Below are positions 1-10,851 of a DNA stretch of 64,000 bases, one piece after another. Position numbers and translations under genes: made by a program. Position 1 is the stretch's first letter. Each line of letters opens with the position of its first letter. The notes under the pieces are model-generated. The model did no database searches, had not been told where the DNA came from, and saw only the letters and a program-made list of their open reading frames with translations. The DNA comes from Blepharisma stoltei ATCC 30299 (Eukaryota > Protista > Ciliophora): positions 248,001 through 312,000 of the forward strand of contig CBFDEM010000023.1 of assembly GCA_965603825.1 (NCBI GenBank), in the 5' to 3' direction.

Positions 1-1
1 A

Positions 2-361
2 GGAGTTTTGGTATTTACTGATAATTTAAATAGATACAAAGCAAAGGTGGAGTTTGCGTTCAATAAAAACTTGCCAAGTGATTATATAAGTGGAGAAATT
101 ACTGATGTGCATGGGAATAAAATAAGTGAAATAAGTGGGACTTATTGTGGACATATTGAAATTGACGGCAAGAGATATTGGGATGCAAGACATATCAGAC
201 CATTTAGAATTGATTATGATATTATTCTGCCAAGTGATTCAGAAATCAGAGAAGACATTGTAACACTGAGAAGAGGCTTAGTTGACGAAGCGCAGGCTGC
301 AAAGGAAGCTTTGGAGGTTCTACAGCGCCATGATAGAAAATTGAGAGGTTCTAAACATTAA
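2..361 (+). CDS. Oxysterol-binding protein (OSBP/ORP family), 3' part only
   Basis: OSBP C-terminal motif LPSDSEIRED...AQAAKEALEVLQRHDRKLR; frame is open from the window edge to TAA at 359-361. Confidence 0.85.
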   Translation, partial: GVLVFTDNLNRYKAKVEFAFNKNLPSDYISGEITDVHGNKISEISGTYCGHIEIDGKRYWDARHIRPFRIDYDIILPSDSEIREDIVTLRRGLVDEAQAAKEALEVLQRHDRKLRGSKH

Positions 362-1067
362 AGATTATTAGGATAATAAGTCTTATTTTATTAATATTTG
401 TGATAATAAAATAGATGAGTTTGGAAAATTATTTTATGTTAGATTCTTATATAAATTTTAATACTAAGAAATTTAGCTTTTGATTATGGATTCCATAACG
501 CAATAAATTATATACTTGCGGAATAGAGTAATCAATTAAACTAATTAACCTATATGAAAATTATAATTAAATGCTTACTGGAAATTATAATTATCAAGGA
601 TTTTACAAAACATACAGACAAAGTATTTGAAGATATAAAATTTGGAAAATAATATAATTATAGCTTGAGCTTCCAATTTCTTGTACTTATTTAATGGCTC
701 CCAACGTAATTAAGGATTGATGGTTCGAAAAACACTTTTATTTTTAGGGATTTGAGGAAATTAAAAGGTTGTCAGTAGTAGGGCTACTTAGTCTATGATC
801 AATGTTTGTTCAGTTACGAGATTTCCTTTGAAATATATGATATAGATGAAGCATTGGATAACTTATTGCAATTGTAGAAGGAGATTGATCTTGCTAAACC
901 TAAAAATTAATTTCATTTAAAAATAGGCAGAATTCTGTTTGATAATACCTGCTATACAGGCCAAATATAATGTAATTGTTAAAAATTTTATTTTAAAATA
1001 ATTTACTTAACTTCCTTGCTATAAATGTCATATCTTGCCGATCTAAAAATATCCTAAGTATCTTATA

Positions 1068-1979
1068 ATGAGTACTTTCACGTTTGGTAACGATATTCGC
1101 CGTTTTCACCGAATTCAACTTCTCGGTAAAGGTGCCTACGGCAAAGTCTACAAGGCTCGAGATTCTCTCAACAATACATTTGTCGCCCTAAAGAAATCTT
1201 TAATCAGCATGGATGAAGAAGGCATTCCAACCAGCACTATGCGAGAAATCTGCCTTCTCCGCCAGCTTTCCCATCCTGGAGTTGTCTCTCTCTTAGACGT
1301 AATTATGACAGACAGTAGCCTATACCTTATTTTTGAGCTTCTTGATCAAGACCTCGGAACATTTCTTTCTTCACTCGACAATTTGCTTTCAGAAGAACAA
1401 GCAAAGCGCTTTCTATTGCAAATTCTTAAAGCCCTTTACTTCTGTCACTCCCGTCGTATAATTCACCGTGACTTGAAGCCTCAAAATTTGCTGCTTGACG
1501 CTAATTTAAATATAAAACTAGCTGATTTTGGGCTTTCCAGGATTTTTCAGATCCCAATGAGACCATCTACGACATCAGTCCAAACGTTATGATACCGGGC
1601 CCCTGAAATATTATTGGGGTGTACTACATATACAACAGCTATTGATATATGGTCTATTGGATGTATTTTTGCTGAAATGGTAGCTGGAGTCCCACTCTTT
1701 CCCGGAACAAGTGAACATAATCAACTTTATGCGATTTTTAGAATTATGGGGACTCCTAATGAAGAAAATTGAAGTGGAGTTGGAAGTTTGCCGAGGTATT
1801 CGACAGACTTTCCAAAATGGTCAACAATTTTAATGAAAAATTTGTTTCCTAGAATTGCGCCAGAAGGGCAAGATTTACTTGAAAAAATGCTATCAATGGA
1901 TCCAAATAAAAGAATTTCTGCTTATGACTGCTTGCAACATGTAATTTTTATATAGCCATACTTCCAGGGAATGAATTAA
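1068..1979 (+). CDS. Cyclin-dependent kinase (CDK1/CDC2-like)
   Basis: [27 protein letters not shown]; TL[TGA 1590]YRAPE; second TGA at 1770; intron 1941-1955 restores the C-terminal HPYFQGMN*. Confidence 0.93.
1941..1955 (+). other. 15-nt spliceosomal intron (CDK)
   Basis: gtaatttttatatag; contains an in-frame TAG; removal gives LQH-PYF. Confidence 0.92.
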
Positions 1980-2085
1980 AGCTGCCTTATTCAATAATAT
2001 TTATTTTAGATTTAAGAGGGATTTTCTAAAATTCTGCTATTCAAAATTAAAATTTCGATGCGGTTTATATACTATTAATTAACAT

Positions 2086-3303
2086 ATGGAATCCAAAACT
2101 ACCTATGAGAATTTATTATTAGAAATTGCTAAACAAGAGGAAACAATTGATGGCTATTTTAGAGAAGCAGAAGAACAAGGAAGTATTGACCCAAACTTTG
2201 AAGAGTATCTTAATCAAGCAAAACTTGAGCTTCATAAGAAGCGTGAAGAGTTGCTTAAACGGCAAGAAATGACCAACAGTATTAGATCTCAGAGTCTTAA
2301 AATATCGAAAGAAGATGCAGAACCTGAAGAAAATTCACCAAAAATAAAGCGAGCAAGAACAGTCGAATTTGAGGAAAAAGTGAACCCGAAAAATAAATAT
2401 CCTTTTTATTCGATCAAAAACATTGAGCTGCGAAAGCCAAATCAAAGATCGTCATCTACACTAATTGAAAACAGCCAAAATTCAAAACCAATCCAGATTT
2501 TTAAAAAAATAAGCCGCACGAGAAGCAACAATACAAGTCCTTCTGAAAGAAGATATGAAGATAGCCCAAAGGAAGTTTTAAGTGAATATATTGTTGATGA
2601 TGTGTATACCCCAGTAATTCAAAAGAGAAAAATTCCAATAATAAAAGTTGACAAGTCTGTAGAAATAGAAGAAAACATCCCAGATTTAATGCTGAAAAGA
2701 GCTATCAGTGATATTTCTAATATTTCAAGTTTTTTGAATGATAAAGATATTGGCGATAAATTAGAAACTTTACAATGATACAGAGAATTAAAAAATTCTG
2801 CACATGAGAAAATGCTTGATCTAAAAGAGCAAATCTTAATGGAAAAAGAGAAGAAGCTGCAAACATTGATTGAGTACTTGCCTGGAGCAGCAAAAAATAA
2901 TAATGAATGTTTGCCAGAAGTAGCGAAAAATAATAATGAATATTTGAAAGCTAAAAGCAAAGCAAATCTTCCACCTCTATCTCCTAAGAGAAATGAAGAA
3001 GTCCTTACTAAAGCAAAAACCTCCCCACATCCAAGGTCAAAGCAAGTGACATTTCAATTAGTTTCTCATAATAAAACTAGATCAGCTGGTAGTTCCCCTG
3101 ATAATAGTTCAAATTATAATCCAAATTGCAAAGAAATGATTTCAAAAAATTCTCAAAATACCAAATCACAAAGTTTTATACCGTTAAATAAAGAAGATAA
3201 ATTTGTAAAAATTATATAGGCTGAATTAGTTAACGCATTGCCAGGTATCCCATCAGAAATTGCATCAAAGCTTGTGAAAGATATAAAAATAACTCATATA
3301 TAA
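2086..3303 (+). CDS. Hypothetical coiled-coil/low-complexity protein
   Basis: ORFs 2086-2778 and 2812-3219 are joined in frame through TGA; intron 3205-3219 extends the frame to TAA at 3301-3303. Confidence 0.75.
2878..2943 (+). repeat. 33-nt in-frame tandem duplication (LPGAAKNNNEC / LPEVAKNNNEY)
   Basis: ttgcctggagcagcaaaaaataataatgaatgt followed directly by ttgccagaagtagcgaaaaataataatgaatat. Confidence 0.8.
3205..3219 (+). other. 15-nt intron
   Basis: gtaaaaattatatag matches the local intron consensus; open frame continues after it. Confidence 0.8.
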
Positions 3304-3349
3304 AACATGAGTTTTCAATATTTAATAAAAATAGGATTTTGGTATATAA

Positions 3350-3922
3350 TTATAATAACCAAGAGTTTCTTGGGAGATCAGAAAGCGAATATTTTTTATG
3401 GCAATTCACAAAGTCAACGTCATCTCTATAGCCAGCACAATAATAAGTCCCTTTCTTAAAGTCGAATTTTGGTCTCCCGCCACCACAGCTAGGGCATTTA
3501 GGGATAGCGCCAAGCACGACTCCATCAGCAATTCTTTCAGCCAGCTCATCTTTGGTCCCTGAAACCTTTTGATCGTTTTTCCTTAATATTGATTTGAGCT
3601 CATCATTTGTTTTCCCTTTATATTCAATGATCAATTGCTTATACCTATCATATTGATCTGGTGTATAGCCTAAAATCTGAGGTGCTGCTTTCGGCTTTGC
3701 TTTTGCCTTTTTTGACTCTTTTTCCAATTGAGGAGGGGTTTGTCTTTTCTGATTTGCTTTGGCGGCCACTTTTTCCTTCTTTTTTTCTACTTTGATTTCT
3801 TTTTTTACCTGCTTTGCTTTTGATTTTTTCTTGTCTGCTGATGCTTTTTCAGCTTTTGCAGACTTAGGAAGAGGCTTTTCTTTCTTGGATTCTTGAGCCT
3901 TTTTATTACGAGTACTTACCAT
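3350..3922 (-). CDS. Stand-alone PADR1 (PARP1 Zn3-type) protein with Lys-rich N-terminus
   Basis: ELKSILRKNDQKVSGTKDELAERIADGVVLGAIPKCPSCGG...YYCAG...C matches the PADR1 pattern. Confidence 0.8.
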   Translation of the reverse strand: MVSTRNKKAQESKKEKPLPKSAKAEKASADKKKSKAKQVKKEIKVEKKKEKVAAKANQKRQTPPQLEKESKKAKAKPKAAPQILGYTPDQYDRYKQLIIEYKGKTNDELKSILRKNDQKVSGTKDELAERIADGVVLGAIPKCPSCGGGRPKFDFKKGTYYCAGYRDDVDFVNCHKKYSLSDLPRNSWLL

Positions 3923-4117
3923 TAATTTTATAGCAAATGAATGTGGCTTTAAATTTAAAAAATTGCTTTAAGAAATTTGGGCTTTGGAAAAAAAATTACA
4001 ATGTGAAAAATAGCCTTCACATTCTAAAATTATTAATTATTATTTCAATCTTATTTATTTGCATTATATGAATAAGAAACGAAAGATAAAAAATTTTAAT
4101 TTTTTAACATTAAAATT

Positions 4118-5461
4118 ATGTTTAATGAAACTCAAATACGAACACCATCCCCGACATTTATGCTGTCCCACCCTAACCCTGCATCATCAAAGGCTTGACA
4201 TGGGTCGTCTTATTCATTTTCCAGCACAGCAGTAAATTTTCGAAGCTTTTCTCCAGAAAAAGATTGTCATATCTCCCTTCACCGAAAAAATCTTGATTTT
4301 CAGCTTACCTCTATAAAGAAGCGGCTGAAAAAGCAAAAAGAAGCTTTGCATTCAGTCCAAAATTCAATAAAAAGAAAAGAAGAATGAACAGCAATCATGA
4401 TAGAAAACTTGCAAAAACACAACGAACAAAATCTTTTATATGAGAAATCTGCAATAATAATCCAAAAGCACGCAAGGCGATTTTTAATAAAGCAGAAAAT
4501 TGACCCTATAATAATGATCAAAAGGCAAAACGATGCAAGTTATAATTTATCTGATATGAAAATTCATGCTGATGTATGCTTATTTCATTTAGGTGAGAAA
4601 ACTGAAAATTCTGCAATAAAAATACAAAAAGCCTACCGAAAGCATGTAATTAGAAAAAAATTAAGAATTTTCCAGATATGTTTTGATCTTTATTGTCAAG
4701 ATAAAAAAGAGCAATCTTTGCGATTTCTTAGAAAATCATTTCGAGTCATAATAGCAAAATTAAGAGTCAAATCATTAATTTTCGAAAAATTCAAAAAACA
4801 AAAACTAAAAGAGATAAGAGAAAACTTGGCAATTTTTTCTATAAAATCATATTGGAAACATAGAAAATTTACATATAAAATAATGAAAGATAAAATTTCA
4901 AAATATAAGCAAAAAAAAATTGCAATGCAGAATAAAGAAATGTATCAAAAATTTTTATTGAGTTTGGCCAAAGAGAAAATAAAAGACCCTAATAGCCCGA
5001 CAAGCCCAAGAAGAATTTTAGGGTCTGACAGATATGAGGAATATGATGAGGAAAGTACCATAAACCAAGATGATTTATTAAACAAGGATTCTGAAGATGT
5101 TTTTAAAGAGGCAAGAAGAATTCAAGCACTGTTAGAAAAAAAAATAAAAGAAAAAATAGCATTAGGAAAACTTTCATATTCAGTGAAGCCTTTAAAGGTC
5201 TCTGACGTAAAATCAAAAACAAAAGAAAACCAACTGAGAAATATTTTTGAGCGAACTTTTAATAAAAAGAGGAATAATTATAGAAGCTCTACTGCTTCTT
5301 CTAACGCAAGGGGAAGAATTTTACCGAGAGAGCACACACCAAAGATGAGAACTACATTAATGACTCCAGTTCCAAGATTAGGGCATAGACATGCTGGTAG
5401 TGAAATTTTGCCTCCTATACAAACCCCACCGTTAATGTACACATCTTATATTTATCCTTAA
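4118..5461 (+). CDS. IQ-motif (calmodulin-binding) protein
   Basis: SAIIIQKHARRFL and SAIKIQKAYRKH; ATG 4118 is in frame with ORF 4397 via two TGAs. Confidence 0.75.
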
Positions 5462-5592
5462 CCACAGTTTGATATTTCTATCAAATGAGTTATCACAATG
5501 AATTAATTTCAATTTTTCTCTGATTTATAAAAATAATGTCAGCAAAATCTTTTGCAAGTTTCGTTAATTAAATAATCTACTATATACACGTT

Positions 5593-7047
5593 TTACATTT
5601 TTTCCAAAACTAATTCTGTGAACTCTTTCAGGTCAATTTCTCCATCGCCATTCTGATCTCCTTCCTTTATAATGCTTTCTCAAACTGCGTCATTTGAGCC
5701 TTTCCCTCCACTTAGCATTCTCCTCAGCTCATCTGTAGAAATTGACCCACTTCCATCTTTATCAAAAATTTTAAAAGCCATCTCAAGGTTTCGCCTAGAA
5801 AATAGAATTTCATGATCCAGGGTAGCTTGGATAAATTCTGTGTAATCGATAAATCCGCTCCCATCTGTATCAACGTTATTCATAATTCTATCAATGACAG
5901 TTTCATTGTTTAGTCCTCCTACGACTTCGTTATAGATTTTAAGCAGTTCTTCTTTGCTGACCCGACCGTCTCCATTTTGGTCGAGCATTCGGAATGATTT
6001 TTGGAGCTCTCGCTTTTCCTCTTGTGTTACTAAATGAGTTGTGATGAAGGTAAAAATTGCACTACGGAGCTTTACTGAAGCATTAAAGGAACTGAGTTGT
6101 GTAAAAATGTTTAGGATTTGGTCAGATGTAGGGAAATCTAAGGCTTTATATGATTGAAGCCAGCTATGAGCAAGGGATTCTTGAGCTGTGATCCGCTTTG
6201 AAACGTCCCTTTCAAGCAGTTTTCTCATTAGATCTCTTGCTCCTTCAGAAATTTTATGAAAATGAGGCCCATCAGTTAAAATGATACCGTATTTTACATT
6301 GTGTAAAATTTCTGCTTCAGATTTCCCACTAAACGGTGGCTTCCCTGTCAATAGTATATACAATATAATTCCACAGCTTCATTCATCACATAGTTCGTTA
6401 TAAGAATTTTCTAGTACCTCTGGAGCGACATAATATACTGAGCCGAAGCATCCTTTAATTTTATGTTTTTGGAAAAACACTGAACTCCCAAAATCAGCTA
6501 CTTTTATTGTGATTTCTCCATTGGCTTCTTCAATTAAAATATTTTCAGGCTTTAAATCTCTATGTATAATATTTTTCGAATGACAATAGCTCACTGCTGA
6601 TAACAATTGATACATTATGTGTGCTGTTTCTTTTTCACTAAAGTGTCCTTTTTCTGAAATTTTACTGAACAATTCACCTCCAGGACAGAATTCCATGACG
6701 ATATAAAAGTGATTTTTATCTTCAAAAATCTGGAAAACCTTTAAAATATTTGGATGATCCAACGTTTTTAAAACTTGAATTTCTTGAAGCTTATTTGTGG
6801 AAGTCAGCATTTCTTGACTTAATTGTTTTTTTATTATCATTTTAACCGCATAAGTATTTCCAGTGACTTTTTCTATACACTGGAAAACCTTGGAGAAGGC
6901 TCCTCGGCCCAGTTCTTTTGTGATTTCATATTCATTTGAAAACTGGTCATGGCTTTCAGTAACGAAAATTTCAGGGCGGATTTTCAATTGTTGCATGTTT
7001 TCGAGGTATAAGCTGAATGTCTTTTTCTTCGGTGATATGCAGCCCAT
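5593..7047 (-). CDS. Calcium-dependent protein kinase (CDPK): kinase + 4 EF-hands
   Basis: MGC acylation start; GRGAFS, HRDLKPEN, DFG, APE; EF loops DQNGDG, DTDGSG, DKDGSG, DQNGDG; TGA=W at 6379 and 5680; TAA at 5593. Confidence 0.93.
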
Positions 7048-7498
7048 ATAACTAGTAATATTGGTTTAAAATATTAGCCATGGATTAGATATAGGAAAGT
7101 CAAAATGATAAGAGAACATATCTTATAAGGGATTTATTAATGAAAGTAATAGAATCTTTACAAGAAATGAAGAATATATATATATTTGTGATAGGTAAAT
7201 TGGTAAACGAAGAAATTGAAATTTTTTTTAAGGAATCAAAATTTAATTATCCTGGATATGGAGAGTCGTGCATATGAAAAGAAAAACTAATTGGGTGTTC
7301 ATCTCTCTAATTATGTCTAATAAACTCAGTATATATAGCAATATTATAAATCCATATTATGATTCTAGATGATACATCATTCTCTAGAAGAATTTCAAGA
7401 CTTTTATATTTTAAGCGGTCAAGAACCTTAAAGTACGTGCTTAATGGTAAATAAAATATTTAATAGATACATTTTATAAAGGATAATTTCATTTGAAT

Positions 7499-8050
7499 AT
7501 GGAAGAGTCAGGATTCAAAGAGAGACTTCGCATTTATATCCAAACTTATGTTGACAGAATAACACCACATATGAAAAAGAGATGACTGATAACTTCTATT
7601 CTGCTTTTCTTTTTCTTTCAGAGGGTTATCAGCTTAAAAGGTATCTAATAGTCAGGATATTATGTTATTGCTTACTGCTTATCAATTTATATACTTAACC
7701 TTTTCTTAAGGTTCCTGACTCCAATTATGTCTGACATGGAAGACGAAGAATCTGACAATCCTGTACTTCCTATGCGAGAATCAAATGAATTCAAACCTTT
7801 TCTCCGCAAATTAAACGAGTTCAGTTTTTGGAAAAATACTTTTATAGGGACAGTCATTTCAGTATATTGCACTTTTATCGAATCTTTAGACATTGAAGTG
7901 TTTTGGCCAGTTTTAGTGGTTTATTTTATTATTTTGTTTGTAGCAACTATGAGACGGCAAATTGCTCATATGTATAAACATGGGTATATTCCTTTTGATT
8001 TTGGGAAAACCACATATCAAAGTGGAAAATTGAGAGGAAGAGAAGATTAA
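7499..8050 (+). CDS. RER1: RER1 ER-retrieval receptor, paralog 1
   Basis: IYILNLFLRFLTP, EFKPFLRKLNEFSFW, DIEVFWPVLVVYF, RQIAHMYKHGYIPF; one TGA; intron 7641-7655. Confidence 0.92.
7641..7655 (+). other. 15-nt intron (RER1-1)
   Basis: gtatctaatagtcag; contains in-frame TAA and TAG. Confidence 0.9.
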
Positions 8051-8082
8051 TTAATAAGAAAATTCATAATTAAGAATTAGAA

Positions 8083-8619
8083 ATGGAAAAATGCAAAGCC
8101 AAAATATCTCTTCAAGGATTTTCTGATTGAATTTCTCCACATAAAGGAAAGAGGTGGTTAATAGCTGCAATTTTTTTGCTAATTTTTCTTTATAGAATTA
8201 TTTGCTTGGAAGGTAATTTTTAAGCAGGGTTTTACTTGGTTGCATGCTTATCTGCAATGTACTTGCTTGGTATTTCTTTGAGTTTTATTACCCCAATTAT
8301 GTCAAATTTAGAGTATCAGGAGCAAGATAACCCTGCTCTCCCTAGCAGCGAAATAAACGAATTTAAACCTTTTATCAGAAAATTAGAAGAATTCAGTTTG
8401 TGGAGACATTCTTTTATCTGTATAATTATTTCAAATACTTGTACATTTATTCAATTTTTGGATATTAAAGTTCCTTGGCCGATTTTTATGATTTATTTTT
8501 TAGCTTTATGTATAGGAACACTAAAGAAGCAAGTTTCTCACATACATAAGCATGGTTATAATCCCTTTAATTTTAGGAAATCCACAATTAATTTTAAAGA
8601 AGAAGTTTCCTCCATTTAA
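8083..8619 (+). CDS. RER1: RER1, divergent tandem paralog 2
   Basis: EFKPFIRKLEEFSLW, DIKVPWP, HKHGYNPF; intron at the same position as in paralog 1. Confidence 0.88.
8213..8227 (+). other. 15-nt intron (RER1-2)
   Basis: gtaatttttaagcag; in-frame TAA; homologous phase-1 position. Confidence 0.9.
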
Positions 8620-8736
8620 ATATTTTTACAGTATCCCGAGCTTATTCTTATTTACAAGCCTTTTTCTTAATTAAAATTATTATTTTAAATTATCTCATCT
8701 CGTCATGAAATTAAAAGGTTTATCTATAACGTATAA

Positions 8737-9903
8737 CTACATTTGAGGCTTCTCAATAGGAGAATCCATAATTACTTGACTAAAAGATTTGCTTTGCACT
8801 ACACTAATCGAGCTGATATTAGACTTAGAATCTTCAAGCTCTTCTCTAAAAAGTTCTGTGAAGTTAAACTCAGTACCTTTTATTTTATTTAGTCTTTCTT
8901 CCATATTTGGATCCATAATCGTAGGAGGTCTATTTTTAGATAAGCAATATTTATCATCGACCCTACTCTTACTTACAGAAATACCGTCCTGATGCAGTTT
9001 AGCTTCTAAATATTCAATTATGCTCTTGTCTTCAAGCACTAAAAGGGTTTCTTCAAATTCATATGTATAATCAACCCCTGCTTCTTCTATTAAATATCTT
9101 ATACACTCTTTAAAATTTTTATTTTTTCGTTTTTTTGATCATACTGCAGCTATCTGTAGGGCACTTTCTTTTCGTTTATTTACAATTTGGAAATTAGCTC
9201 CCATATATTCATATAGATATTTGATAACTTCTAAGTTTCCAGATTTGCAGGAAATTAAAGCACAGTTTTCACCAGTTGTTTCGTCTATAAAGTGTACGTT
9301 AAATTCATTATTAGGCTTTTCTCTAAAATACTCTCTAAAAAATTTTATGAGCTCCAGCCTGCCTTTTTCGACCGCTCTTTGTATAGGTGTCATTGTACTT
9401 ATCGGCGCCGCCAATTTACTTTTCTCCTGTGTATGAGATTTTGTATTTCTTGACTTCGCGAATATTGAAAGCTCTTCACTAACTGGCTCGTCATCTGAAT
9501 TTTCAACCTGATCTTTATTTTCTAAATATAATGGCAAATAATATTCTAGCAAGCTTAAATGGCCAAGCTCGCATAAAACTTCAATTGGGCGTTTTCCTAA
9601 TTGCAGGAAATATTTCGTCATTACTGACAGCTTGGCGTGCCCTTCTTCATATAAAGTTTTAAATGCAGAGGTCGCTCCTAAGTAAAGAGCATAGCCTAAA
9701 GGGTTCATATCAACTTGGTGGATTTTGATGAGTGGGTCGTCAATCAGTATTGTAGGGTCTTTATAGTAGATGTTGGTTTTTGAATATCGTTCGAGAATTA
9801 GACGAATTCTTTCAGCAGAGTTTTTTTCGATGGCTTCAATTAGTTTGTTGGAGATAAATTTTTCGATATTAATGTGTTTTTTGGTTACGCAGCAAGCTCC
9901 CAT
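8737..9903 (-). CDS. Ankyrin-repeat protein, N-terminal MGACC acylation motif
   Basis: TPIQRAVEKGRLELIKFF and GENCALISCKSGNLEVIKYL; two ORFs joined by TGA at 9139. Confidence 0.85.
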
Positions 9904-10002
9904 AGACTATTTATTACACTTATAAAAATCAGTAAAAATTATTTTAGATATTTTTTGATATTTGAAACACTTTGATGGAAAATTAATTCAATTTATTGTT
10001 AA

Positions 10003-10812
10003 TTAAATTTCGTTCCCAATAGTAATCCATCCTGCTCTAAGGTTATTTCTGCGTCCAAAGATCTCTAAATAAGAGCCATTAGGTACTAGCTCTTCAATCA
10101 TCTGATAAACTTCTTCAGGCTTCTGGCTCTGCCCTCTTCTTAAGCTGAAAATGATGTCAGGAATTTCTTTGTCACTCATATCTAGGTCTCCCTTTACCCC
10201 AACCAAGCATGTTTCTTTTGCATGCTGTAGCCAGTATCCATGACTTTTCGCAATTTTGTTATTGCAGGTTTTCTTTACCCATACGACTTCATCAACGTAT
10301 TTATATCCCCAGCAATCTAACAGCTGGAGCGACATTCTATATTTTGCATTAATTGTCCATATAAAAATTAATCCTTGATTCTGCAACTTTGGAATAGGAA
10401 GTTGCCTTATACTTGGATCAGGTAAAGATTCATATGAAATAGTTACCCCTCTGGTAGGATTTGCTCCTGATAGCTGCCAAGGTGGGTCCATCATGATAAC
10501 ATCAAATAATTTCCCTTTGACTTCTTGATGAATTTTTGCAAGCTGCAGAAAATCATAATTCCTTACATCAGCACATATAGGTATAGAATCTTCAGGGACA
10601 CTAGTTTTCTCTATTTCCCTTTTATCGAATTCCTGCTTAAAAAAGTTCATTTCTTCCTGGTAAATGTATTTGTCTATTTGTTCTAAATCCTCTTGGATTA
10701 TCCCGTTATTATAGCTATCTGCATATGTCTATATATGTATTACTTCTGATTCTTGGCTGCTTGGAATATAAGTTTTGCTTTGCTTAGATTTGACAGTCCG
10801 CTTCTTCACCAT
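10003..10812 (-). CDS. MTA1: MT-A70 family DNA N6-adenine methyltransferase, ciliate MTA1/AMT1 clade
   Basis: Catalytic DPPW, then QLSGANPTRGVTISY, WTINAKY, WVKKT..KIAKSHGYWLQHAKETCLVGVKG, RRGQSQKPEE, LEIFGRRNNL..W.TIGNE; ATG 10812 reached via intron 10729-10743. Confidence 0.9.
10729..10743 (-). other. 15-nt intron (MTA1)
   Basis: gtaatacatatatag on the minus strand; in-frame TAG. Confidence 0.88.
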
Positions 10813-10823
10813 TTCGCGCGAAA
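10812..10823. promoter_or_regulatory. Palindromic E2F-type site TTTCGCGCGAAA
   Basis: Perfect 12-bp palindrome reading TTTCGCGC on both strands, abutting the MTA1 ATG in CG-poor DNA. Confidence 0.5.
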
Positions 10824-10851
10824 GTTATAAGCCATTTTAGATAATTTTTAA

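Noticed and set aside
760-910. Coding-like stretch upstream of the CDK
   Set aside because: Interrupted by TAGs, no start and no recognisable homology; at most an old relic
4171-4180. ccctaaccct as a telomeric repeat
   Set aside because: Under two units and inside a CDS
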